A stretch of 58,606 bases of DNA, the filler included, from Stramenopiles sp. TOSAG23-2 (taxonomy: Eukaryota): NCBI GenBank assembly GCA_900128395.1. It is 3 parts of 3 records of this genome, joined end to end, with 100 filler letters (N's around TTAATTAATTAA, not from the genome) between each part and the next. Parts side by side here need not be neighbours in the genome. Positions count along the whole stretch, not along the records: positions 39,215 to 58,606 come from LT649582.1; 2 more parts are not named here. One strand, written 5' to 3'. Positions 46,699-57,124 of the stretch are shown here, in pieces (position 1 is the first letter of the stretch; every line of letters begins with the position of its first letter). Made by a program: the position numbers and the translations under genes. A model generated the notes under the pieces. It had not been told where the DNA came from. It ran no database searches and saw only the letters and a program-made list of their open reading frames with translations.

Positions 46699-48123
46699 AT
46701 GGGATTAAAAGAGTTAAAAGTAAAGCAATCTTCAAAAGTAACTTCAAAAGTAAATCAATCTTCCAGGGCTAAGAGATTAAGAAAGAGGAAGGCATCAGCA
46801 GAAGAAACTTATGAAGATAAGAAGAAACGAGAGAATCAAATAATACAACGAATCATGAAAGAGATGGCAGCAGTGCGCAATGGCGGGAACAACGAGTTGA
46901 TTAAAAACGGAGAAATAACACCGTTAACAAGAGATAAACTATCAAAAAGAAATAGATTTATTGGGAAAGAACTTTTTATTGCTATGATGAGCCCGGAAGA
47001 AGGGAAGAATAGAAAAGGGACGGGAAATATTGGTAACGCCATTATTGAAGTCGCGGGAAAAGGTGATTTAATAATTAATAGTGATAATAGTGATGACAAT
47101 AAGTTGAAAGAAAACACAGAAAAAACAACGTTAACAAAAGTGGCAGAAAAGGATGATTTGAATAATGATAATAATAATAATAATAATAATAATAATAGTG
47201 ATGGTGGTGAGGCAGTGGACGACTCTTATGATGTCAGTGCCCCCCTTGAAAGACCGAATCTATTTGGAATGTTTGATTATGAAACCGATTCTGACGACGA
47301 TGATGATGATGAAATTTCAATGAAGAACTTTCCCACCATGGCAACACGTAAAAATAAAAAGACTAAACGTAAAAAAAGTAAGAATATATTAGCTGGTGGT
47401 GGCTTTCCCACCATGGCGATACTTAAAAATAAAAAAAATAAACGTAAAAAATTTAAGAATATTTTAGCTGGTGGTGGCGATAAAAAGAAAATTGTACCAA
47501 CAAATGTAATTAAAAAAAAGGTACAAAATTCAAAAAGAAATAATGAAAAACAAAAAGGTGATGCAAATAATAATAAAACAGGAAAAGAAAGTGACAGTTC
47601 TGCTTCTTCCGTACTACCACCAAAGGTGGACAAGAAGGTTCAATTGATTCATATTAAAGCGGCCATACAAACCTTGGAAGAGCAAGTGAAACAACGAAAA
47701 GAAGGAGGGGGGAAAATTAGCAAGACTACGGAAGAAATGCACAAACAACTGATGGCTAAAAGGTTGAGAAGAGAGAGAAACCAAATTGCATTAAAAGCAG
47801 CAATGTATGCAAAGGGAAATTCGAAAGCCATAGCCTCACAGTACGTGCGCAAGCAAGACGTAGCGGACAATAAGCATAAGCGGGCGATCGTGCACCACAC
47901 AAGCAGCCATTACCACATGCTCCACGGAAGGAACTTTCAATCTGGGAACAGAATAAAAGGGGTCACAAGTCGGCATTCTAGACAGAACTCGATACGACAA
48001 ATGAAATCAAGATCAAAGATGTTAAAAGCACGAGATGTTGCACGAGGAATCACAGGTCCGAGTGGGAAAGGTGGTGGAAAGACCAAGTCGAAAAAAAAAA
48101 AGAGCAAGAAAGGTAAAAAGTAG
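46699..48123 (+). CDS. Lys/Asn-rich low-complexity hypothetical protein
   Basis: 474-aa ORF from the ATG at 46699; internal repeat FPTMA..KNKK..RKK.KNILAGGG x2. Confidence 0.7.
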   Translation: MGLKELKVKQSSKVTSKVNQSSRAKRLRKRKASAEETYEDKKKRENQIIQRIMKEMAAVRNGGNNELIKNGEITPLTRDKLSKRNRFIGKELFIAMMSPEEGKNRKGTGNIGNAIIEVAGKGDLIINSDNSDDNKLKENTEKTTLTKVAEKDDLNNDNNNNNNNNNSDGGEAVDDSYDVSAPLERPNLFGMFDYETDSDDDDDDEISMKNFPTMATRKNKKTKRKKSKNILAGGGFPTMAILKNKKNKRKKFKNILAGGGDKKKIVPTNVIKKKVQNSKRNNEKQKGDANNNKTGKESDSSASSVLPPKVDKKVQLIHIKAAIQTLEEQVKQRKEGGGKISKTTEEMHKQLMAKRLRRERNQIALKAAMYAKGNSKAIASQYVRKQDVADNKHKRAIVHHTSSHYHMLHGRNFQSGNRIKGVTSRHSRQNSIRQMKSRSKMLKARDVARGITGPSGKGGGKTKSKKKKSKKGKK

Positions 48124-48239
48124 TAAAAATATATATATTTTGATATTATATATCAGTGTTATATATTTTTTATTAGAAAGAAGAGAAAGAGAATGATGTG
48201 TGTGTTTTAGAAATATATATGCCATGTACCAAAAAGGAT

Positions 48240-48905
48240 AAATAAAAAAAATACAAAGTTCGTACTATGCCCCCCCATACGAATAATAAATTAAAAAATT
48301 ATACCGTGTATTATGTTTTTTATTAATCCTCGCGAATTTTAGGTCTACACACATGACTTCTTTTTCCCTTCTTCTCTCACAAGTAGAAATATACGTATAG
48401 TATAAATAAAAAAAATACAAAGTTCGTACTATGCCCCCCCATACGAATAATAAATTAAAAAATTATACCGTGTATTATGTTTTTTATTAATCCTCGCGAA
48501 TTTTAGGTCTACACACATGACTTCTTTTTCCCTTCTTCTCTCACAAGTAGAAATATACGTATAGTAAAATATATCTTTTTATTTTAATGTCCATCCCTCT
48601 TAATACTTGGCCATAATATATTATAATATAAATAAAAAAGAAAGGTTTTTATGAATGATAGACACACAAGTATTAAAAAGCAATAAATAAAAAAAATACA
48701 AAGTTCGTACTATGCCCCCCCATACGAATAATAAATTTTAAAAAAAATTATACCGTGTATTATGTTTTTTATTAATCCTCTGCGCGAATTTTAGGTCTAC
48801 ACACATAACTTCTTTTTCCCTTCTTCTCTCACAAGTAGAAATATACGCGTAGTTCGTAATATCTTTATTTTAATGTCCATCCCTCTTAATACTTGGCCAT
48901 AATAT
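48240..48905. repeat. Three copies of a 160-220 bp intergenic unit
   Basis: AAATACAAAGTTCGTACTATGCCCCCCATACG... starts near 48240, 48404 and 48685; the third copy is diverged. Confidence 0.9.
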
Positions 48906-49751
48906 GATATATTATAATATTTTTTCTTTCCAAAAATACTTACTATCTGTGTGTTCATAATTAAAGCTTTAGACATGGTATATCAAGCATGATATCTATC
49001 AATCTTTCTCTTACCTTTACCCCCTCTTCTTCTCATTTAATATCATTATGGTATTCATAAAATATATTTCAAAGCATTTATCAATTCTTTATATGATTTA
49101 TATGATAAGCTCGTCATCAATATATTTATAACACCCATATATGTATTAATATTTATTTTCTTAAAGCAACAGTTTTCCCCCTAAAACCTGATTTTTGTCC
49201 TTTCGGGCAAATTTGTTGTTGACTTTTTGTACCTGTGCGTCACGGTTTTATAAATTTTTTAGGGCCAAATTCTTCCTGCTTCCTATAGCCTTTTACTTTG
49301 TCTTGCTGGCGATGATAGTTTTGGTTCTTCTGCTGCTGCTTCTTAGAAGTATTATTACGAAGTTCCAGTTCTTCCATGCCTTTTTTAAGGCTTGAGTGTT
49401 TATTTGTCATGTTTATATACTATATAATTATTATATATATATATATATCTACCCACCAAAATTTTTCAATATACACTACGCCAAAATTTTATTATATTAA
49501 AAAAGATATGGAGTGTTTATTTGTCATGTTTATATACTATATAATTATTATATATATATATATATCTACCCACCAAAATTTTTCAATATACACTACGCCA
49601 AAATTTTATTATATTAAAAAAGATATGAACGTATACAATTGCTGCGTAAAACAAATACTATCGTACATACACAATAAAATGTAGTATCTCTATATATATA
49701 TATCCAGTTCTTCACACACAGGTATATGTATTTATTCATTAAAATCGTGTA

Positions 49752-49985
49752 TCCCGATATAATTTTTACTGTGCCGGCCAGTCGTAAATTTGTGGTACAA
49801 ATTTGTTGGTATACTTAAACACTATATTAGCTATCAAATACACAAATTAATCGGTTTTCAGGTTTTCGAGTGGTTGAGTTTTGGATTAATTTGTGTGTTT
49901 GATAGTTAAATATAGTGTTTAAGTATACCAACAAATTTGTACCGAAAATTTACGACTGGCCGGCACACTAAAAATTATATCGGGA
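49752..49985. mobile_element. MITE-like foldback element (about 100-bp imperfect inverted arms)
   Basis: TCCCGATATAATTTTTACTGTGCCGGCCAGTCGTAAATTT... pairs with ...AAATTTACGACTGGCCGGCACACTAAAAATTATATCGGGA; loop about 30 nt; no clear target-site duplication. Confidence 0.6.
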
Positions 49986-50100
49986 AATAAATAAAAAAAT
50001 TAATGGTCAAAATGCCGCTCCTAAAACAGATGGTGTGTCCATGTTAATTTTACAACTCTACTCACTATTGATTTTTTTGAGGTAGAATAGAGGTTAGATA

Positions 50101-51227
50101 TTATACAACCACCACAGTGCTACATAATTTCTTTAACTCTTCATCATTTTCAATAGATGCTAGATATGGATTTGCTAATTTCTTAAACGACGTTGTTAAT
50201 TCCATTGGTGTTGAAAAGGTGCAGTGCTACATAATTTCTTTAACTCTTCATCATTTTCAATAGATGCTAGATATGGATTTGCTAATTTCTTAAACGACGT
50301 TGTTAATTCCATTGGTGTTGAAAAGGTGTCATTGTATACTAATTTCCAAAAACTTTCAAGCACATCGTATCCATCATAATCCCAATCGCATTTTTTTTTT
50401 TCATCGATCGATTTATGCCAAGGTTTGGCACCCATGTAATGTACAAATAAAGCATTTCTTTTCATTACAATGTCCTTCCATAATATTGGATTGTATTTAA
50501 AAACTCTTTTTATTAAATTAAATTTTGGTTCCAGTGGCAAATAACGATTTTTAAAGACATCCGATAATATTCGTTCTTCTGTAGTTGCATTTTCCGGGTC
50601 CTCCAATGTTGCTTTCATTGCTTTTTCAATTTCCACATCAATTTGTTTGTTATCCTCTTCACTACAACCTAGGCATACAATAACTCCAGCATTAAAGCCC
50701 TTTTCATTTGTTGCATTATATTTCCTTTTTTTTAAGCGAAATGCAGGACATGCTGCAAGACAAAAATCAGTTCTTTTTAACATTATTATAGTCTCTGCAA
50801 ATGCTTCCCAAGGATCACCCACGCACAATAAATCTGCATCTAAATAAATAAACGGTTTTCCTGATTTAAATAATATTCTACGTGGACTATCAACGTGTAA
50901 TAATGCACCAACACCATTATGGGTTTGAGTGATTTCAGTTGTTTCTGTCTTTGCACGTGGAAGTAATTTAATTTGAATTAGTTTACTAATAGCTTTATTT
51001 TTTTCAAGCTCTACCTTTACATGTTCATTTGTATATACAACTAAAACAACTTGACTTTGTTTCACCATATTTTTCATATATAAATGCAATGATTTGGCTA
51101 AACAAACGACACCAGGGATATAAGATATTGTAGTTATAAATGTTGTACATATTGGTATACTTATCGACGTGCCAGCCTCACTGACATTTCGGTTTACTAT
51201 ATTAGTTGCTGTTCTAATCCTAGACAT
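50101..51227 (-). CDS. Glycosyltransferase family 8 (glycogenin/galactinol synthase-like)
   Basis: SYIPGVVCLAKSL, IYLDADLL (DxD), FNAGV, VHYMGAKPW. Removing the 107-bp duplication gives the end ...LCSTVVVV* at 50101. Confidence 0.88.
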
Positions 51228-51934
51228 TATTATTATATACAGTTATATATTGTTATATTATTATATATATATATATATAAGTGGTAATATATATATCGAT
51301 AAAATGGATTCGTCCTCCTTCCTTTCTAATTTATAAAAGAATATCTTTTGTTTTTTTGCACTTTTCTTTTACAGACACTTCTTACTCTACTACGGATATA
51401 TACCATAACCATATCTTTTTTCTTCTTCATTTTTTTTTATTTCTTTTCTTCTCTCGTCGCGGAATTTTTGTTGTGCTTGTTTTTTTTTTGAGTCGTGTTT
51501 CTTCCTATATTATTCTAGTGTACTTGTACTTAAACTGAGCGTGGCCGTAGAAGGTACGCCCTATCATGATGGGTTTAGTCCTGATGTGTCCTGTGTGGCG
51601 TCCTGGCCGATAGTCCTGTGTGGCTGATCTACGAGTCGTAATATCTTAGAGCTAAATATAATACGACGGATGAAAACCTCGCGGTGCCTCGGGGATGGGG
51701 TTTCCAATAAGTATATATTTAGTATACTATAAATATATATTTATATAGGATAATATCATAATATTCGGCATTCTGTGAGGTATTTCTTTCATCCATCCAA
51801 ATTATATATCAAAATTATAGTAAGTAATTTAAACAATCTCATGTGTGTAGAGAAGATAGATAGATATAGATATATTCTACACGGGAAAACAGACAAGACG
51901 TATACAAAAACATATACATAATTTATTATTGACC

Positions 51935-53695
51935 ATGCCGAAGAAAAATAAAAAGAAGAAATCGTCCTCTAAAAAAAAAGGAAATAAAAATAAAAAGAAT
52001 AAAAATATTAATATTGCAGCAGAATTAGAAGAAAATAAAATAGCATTACAAAATTATATCAATATTATACAAGAAGTATGTGTCTCGGCAACATCGGAAA
52101 GCTGGACAACATGGCATCGTATTACAGATCTAACAAAAAATATTGACAATGTGATGAATTTACAAAACAAAATCCAAAAAAATAGTGGTAACAGTAGTAG
52201 TAGTAGTAGTAGTACGAATAACAATAACAACCGTGAAAAATGTATTGAAGCATATCATGAATGGTTTATGAATGAAATAAATAATAATAATAATAGCAAC
52301 AAGAAGAAAAAAGGTGACAAAGAAGAAGAAGAAAGTGATGATAGTAAAGAAAAAACAGCAAATGTTTATCAATCAATTCCATGTAAATGGAAAATACAAG
52401 ATAGAGGCAATAACATGGGATTTGGTGTCGTTGCAACAGAAAAAATTGCAAAAGGCGAAACTATCATTAAAGTACCAGCATCTATGGCAATAACAAGTGA
52501 ATCAGCTTTGAATGATGAAGATTTAGGTCCAAATCTTAAAAAAGATGAATTTATAGTTAATCGTCCAACGATGGCATTAGCATTGTATTTATTGTTTGAA
52601 AAATTGAAAGGTAAAAAGTCAAAATATTATCTATTTATTCAATCATTGCCATCACGGTTCAACATGTTACCATATTACTGGACGTTAAATGATTTTCATG
52701 CAATGCGTGGATCCCCATCATTCTCTGAGACGATAAAAACTGTTTGTATGTTTGGATATGCATATGCATATCTGCATAAGAAATTGTTAATGAATGAATA
52801 TACGTTTGAAAATAATAAAGATGTATTAACAGCAAATACATTTTTACTTAGTGACTTTCGTTGGGCAATTTCATGTGTCGTATCACGACAAAATCCATTA
52901 CCATCACCAGTAGATCCGTCAAAAACTACATTGGCATTGATACCAATCTTTGAAATGTTAAATCATCAACCGAAAAGTTGTTCCCCATCCTATTTAGCAA
53001 ATGAAAAATGTGCTATCATTGAAACCACGTGTGATTATGAGAAAGATGATGAAATATTCATGGTCTACGGTCGACGGCCAAATCGAGAATTATTAATTTA
53101 TAGCGGGTTTGTAATGAAAGATAATCAATATAACAATGTCATCATTCGTTTAAAATTAAATGATGCATTGGCTAGGATACGTATGTTAGTATTGAAACGT
53201 GAAAATATTTTGCCAACAAGTTTCGGTAACTACATATTTCATTTAGAGCAAAATGGAATGCCATCTAAAAATTTATGGTATTTTGCACATGTAGCAGGTA
53301 TGGATAAAAATGCTTTAACAATTGCTATGAGAATGAGTGATGAGGAAGACAATGAAGTGAGAGAGAAATGTTTAACCGGTAGAGATCGTATAATAGATGG
53401 TACTCGTGCGAGTGCATTGCATCTTATAATTCAATATGAAAATCAATTGATAAAAAATATGTTAGATTTAAAAACTTCGAGTGGAAAGCATTTGACGAAA
53501 AATGGATCTAGTACTAGTACAAGTACTTTAGGATTGGTTGAAAATTTAATTGCAAGTGAATATACTTGTTTACTAAATTCAGTTCAATGGTGTAATACCG
53601 TCGGAAAAGTAAATGAAATTGTTGGTTATAGTCAAATGGAAATATTGAATCAAGAATTAATTGAAAAAATGAGAAAAGCGAAGGAGAATGAATGA
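51935..53695 (+). CDS. SETD3/Rubisco-LSMT-family SET-domain methyltransferase
   Basis: GFGVVATEKI.KGE.II.VP, FRWAISCVVSRQN, LALIPIFEMLNH, EIFMVYG.RPN.ELLIYSGFV. Confidence 0.9.
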   Translation: MPKKNKKKKSSSKKKGNKNKKNKNINIAAELEENKIALQNYINIIQEVCVSATSESWTTWHRITDLTKNIDNVMNLQNKIQKNSGNSSSSSSSTNNNNNREKCIEAYHEWFMNEINNNNNSNKKKKGDKEEEESDDSKEKTANVYQSIPCKWKIQDRGNNMGFGVVATEKIAKGETIIKVPASMAITSESALNDEDLGPNLKKDEFIVNRPTMALALYLLFEKLKGKKSKYYLFIQSLPSRFNMLPYYWTLNDFHAMRGSPSFSETIKTVCMFGYAYAYLHKKLLMNEYTFENNKDVLTANTFLLSDFRWAISCVVSRQNPLPSPVDPSKTTLALIPIFEMLNHQPKSCSPSYLANEKCAIIETTCDYEKDDEIFMVYGRRPNRELLIYSGFVMKDNQYNNVIIRLKLNDALARIRMLVLKRENILPTSFGNYIFHLEQNGMPSKNLWYFAHVAGMDKNALTIAMRMSDEEDNEVREKCLTGRDRIIDGTRASALHLIIQYENQLIKNMLDLKTSSGKHLTKNGSSTSTSTLGLVENLIASEYTCLLNSVQWCNTVGKVNEIVGYSQMEILNQELIEKMRKAKENE

Positions 53696-54105
53696 ATAAA
53701 AAATAATTTTTTTTTATTTAAAAATACGAAGCGTAATTAAAAATATAAAAATTTATCAAAAATACATTAGTCTTGCTTCTTTATATAATTTTAAAAAATG
53801 ATGTGATGAGACCATATCTCATATATATTTTCGTATTTTATGATATCACATGACATTTTTATTGTGTGTGGTACGAGTCGTATTTTATACATAACACAAA
53901 CATTTTATTAATCTTCCTCTTTCCAAATTATACCGTATAATTGAAATAATACATCAACTACACTTATTCGCGCACTATATATAAACAAAAACCGAAAATA
54001 TTAATTTTCACACACGCACACGTAATTTTATGTAAATGCATCAGGTACCAAATGTATGATGATAATTCCAGTTTTTATAAAATAGAAATATTTAAAAAAT
54101 AAAAA

Positions 54106-54812
54106 TTAATCAAAAACGTGACTTTTCCACAATCCATCATCTAAATGATGAGTTTCATGTATACAAATACCTTCATTTTTTTCTTTAATATCACTAATTG
54201 ACATTTTTAATAAACCTACTGCCACTGGATTTGTTTTACCTTCGCAATATATTGCTACTGGCTGAAATGATGAGTTTCATGTATACAAATACCTTCATTT
54301 TTTTCTTTAATATCACTAATTGACATTTTTAATAAACCTACTGCCACTGGATTTGTTTTACCTTCGCAATATATTGCTACTGGCTGTCCAGCTTTTAATT
54401 TATTACCATTTTCAGCAGTTTCGTCTGGCAAACTACCGCCTGCACTTGTCAAACCAGGACACATAACATCAGAACCTCTTAATATATGACGTATAGCACC
54501 TTTATCTACTTGTACTTTTGTCATGAAACCAGGATATTTATACAATGTGTGCAAGCAAGGCAGATATGGCCCATCTCGATGGCTGTAAAATACACACTCT
54601 GAATTGACTAATAATAATTGTATGCGCCCATGAAGATTTACCACTTTTAATGGTTTCTTTTTTAAATTTGGGAAAAAAACTTCATCTAAAATATTCTTTT
54701 CTTGTAACAATGGATATTGTTCTCTTAAACGCTGTACTACTTTTTTCGCTTTTGATTTCTTCAATTCCGTCGTCCCAGCAACGGATGATTCCGAATCGAA
54801 TTTTTTAAACAT
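54106..54812 (-). CDS. MCTS1: MCTS1/Tma20 translation reinitiation factor (pre-PUA plus PUA)
   Basis: MFKKF start, P.LH.L.KYP, VDKGAIRHIL.GSDVMCPGLTS.GG. The conserved HHLDDGLW end lies beyond a 122-bp duplication; stop at 54106. Confidence 0.93.
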
Positions 54813-55263
54813 GCCTCTTTTTGTTGTTGTTGTGTTGTTAGTTAATTACTTTTCGCTTTTGATTTCTTCAATTCCGTCGTCCCAGCAACGGATGATTCCG
54901 AATCGAATTTTTTAAACATGCCTCTTTTTGTTGTTGTTGTGTTGTTAGTTAATTACTACTTTTTTTCTTTTTGTATATGTATATATCTCTGCATATACAC
55001 AATTTAAAAAAGTACATAATTATTTATTTCAATCGTGAGGTCGGTGTTTTTGGGGTGTGTGTTTTAGTTTGGTGGTGGAGGAGGATGGATGAGGATCTTC
55101 ACCTGGTAATCTGGTAATCTAGGATCAAATTATAATAAGGTTTTTTACGGAACAAATTTAAATTACAAATTTAAATTATTATACCACAGTTTTAGTTTAA
55201 TTTACCTGGTAAAAGTTTAGTCTAAGTCTGCGTCGTCAGACTCTTTTACTTTCGAAAGAAAGA

Positions 55264-55353
55264 TCTTGACCGCACCTTCCCAGCATCTCCTATTACTGGT
55301 GATATACTATAGTACTGTATGTAGCAAGAAGCTGTGGGAAGGTGCGGTCAAGA
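55264..55353. repeat. 90-nt hairpin with a perfect 19-bp GC-rich basal stem
   Basis: TCTTGACCGCACCTTCCCA ... TGGGAAGGTGCGGTCAAGA. Confidence 0.85.
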
Positions 55354-55591
55354 ACTACTGTAGTACAAAAATACTACTATTATAGACCCAACGATTTTTC
55401 TAAACAACATCACCCGGAGTAGTGTAACTTTCGTCGAACTAGCTAATAATAAGTAACGTGTTATCGATTCGTGCGCGCAGTTGAAGTGTTTGTTTTTTTG
55501 CTCGGGATATTTATTTATAAACAGAGTTCAAACAGGAAGATACAGTTGTGTATATTAACTGCGGCTGGGTAAAAAAAACGTAGAGAACAAT

Positions 55592-57124
55592 ATGTTGGAT
55601 AAACCGGCAGATGTTATGTGGGTTGAGAACCCAATGGATACAAACGATAATATGAAGAAGAAGCAACAAGACTCACGGGGACGATCGTTGTCGCGTTGGT
55701 TTGTTTCCAATCAGAAAACAGAAGAATGGGATGAAAAAAAATTAAACCAGTTGCATATTGTGATCATTTTATTACTTGTTCTCATGTATATATGTCATGT
55801 CATCTCAAGTCCATTTATTAAATTTATTAACAATCAAACAGCCATTATAATTATCAATCTACTTGAAAGTTTCTGTTTAATAGTTGCAATTGTATGTTTA
55901 ATAAAAATGTGTTATGTTAACGGAAGTCGGACAGCTGCAAAACTGATAGCTGGTAAAGTAAGGACGTATATCTATGGGTTTTGGATCTTACGTTCATTTA
56001 TAATTGAACTATTAAAAGGACAAATCGTTTACAGTTTTGTCCATGTATTTCATAGTGTTTTGATATATTCGACAGATATGTGGTATTTAAGCAATCGAAA
56101 AACTTTGATTTTCAACCTACTGTTGTTTTTATCAATTATCACATATGAGTTTTTTATTTCCATATCACCTTTTGGACCAAACGAACCTTCATGGATGTTT
56201 ATGAATGTAAAAACAACTGCAAATAGTTTATCAAGGTCATGCCAATTTAATTTATTTGTAATATTTTTTGATGCTTTACTTGTTGCTATCTACGACTCGA
56301 AACGATCCAAATATATAATGGTAGTGAAAAAGCAAAAGCGTGATATATTGGCCATATCCTTAGAAAGAATAGAAAAATTAAATATATTGTGGAAAGGCTT
56401 TGCATGCTCTTGTTTTACTGGTTTCACAGTTTATATACTGGAATCTAGTTCTAAAGGGTTAATTTCCCAAATTTCGCCGTTGTTGTACAACATGTTATTG
56501 GGAAGTATATGTTTATTTTTTATTTTGTTTTATGCTGTGATATTATACCATTCTAGCAACAAGTCTAGTAAGATTATTCGTAGCCTTTTACATGAACGGA
56601 GAGTCATTTTCATTTTGATATTACTGGGGGTATTATTTTACATAGACAATTTATGGGATGTTTTTACTGCTAATGGAACAGTGTTTCCAATAGTGATTGT
56701 TTGTTTTATATCTTTTGATTTTATTGGTGGTTATTTTCCACGTAAATTGTCAATAATCATGATGAGTATCATTGTAGCCACACTCCTCTGGAATATATTT
56801 AATTACACATTTTTAGAAAAGGATTGCGAAGAAAAGAAACTGCATTGGGGAATTTTTGGCAAGAAGATAAGCCATTGCACCATTAGGCGGTTAATTTACC
56901 AGAGCATACTTTCATTGTTAGTATCTGCTGCAATTCGAACATTTACTGGACGTACCGACAATTTATTTTTTTGCAATGCAAATGTTTATAGGTCAACCGG
57001 TACAATCCAACGTTCCACTATATCTGCAACTTATGTTCGAAGTATGATGGTGGAGCAACGCAGTTTCAGTAGAAAGGATAAAAATGCGTATCAACAGGGA
57101 GATGACGTGGATGACAATATGTAA
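55592..57124 (+). CDS. Multi-pass membrane protein of unknown family
   Basis: 510-aa ORF with roughly 10-12 hydrophobic segments in two similarly organised halves. Confidence 0.8.
   Translation: MLDKPADVMWVENPMDTNDNMKKKQQDSRGRSLSRWFVSNQKTEEWDEKKLNQLHIVIILLLVLMYICHVISSPFIKFINNQTAIIIINLLESFCLIVAIVCLIKMCYVNGSRTAAKLIAGKVRTYIYGFWILRSFIIELLKGQIVYSFVHVFHSVLIYSTDMWYLSNRKTLIFNLLLFLSIITYEFFISISPFGPNEPSWMFMNVKTTANSLSRSCQFNLFVIFFDALLVAIYDSKRSKYIMVVKKQKRDILAISLERIEKLNILWKGFACSCFTGFTVYILESSSKGLISQISPLLYNMLLGSICLFFILFYAVILYHSSNKSSKIIRSLLHERRVIFILILLGVLFYIDNLWDVFTANGTVFPIVIVCFISFDFIGGYFPRKLSIIMMSIIVATLLWNIFNYTFLEKDCEEKKLHWGIFGKKISHCTIRRLIYQSILSLLVSAAIRTFTGRTDNLFFCNANVYRSTGTIQRSTISATYVRSMMVEQRSFSRKDKNAYQQGDDVDDNM

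Noticed and set aside
51535..51550. CTGAGCGTG as U3 snoRNA box B, or a hammerhead core nearby
   Set aside because: No U3 5' domain or boxes A/C', and no CUGANGA core.
54143..54386. Tandem duplications as new introns formed by AG|GT duplication
   Set aside because: The MCTS1 and ankyrin units contain AGGT, but the GST and GT8 units do not, so this is not a general explanation.
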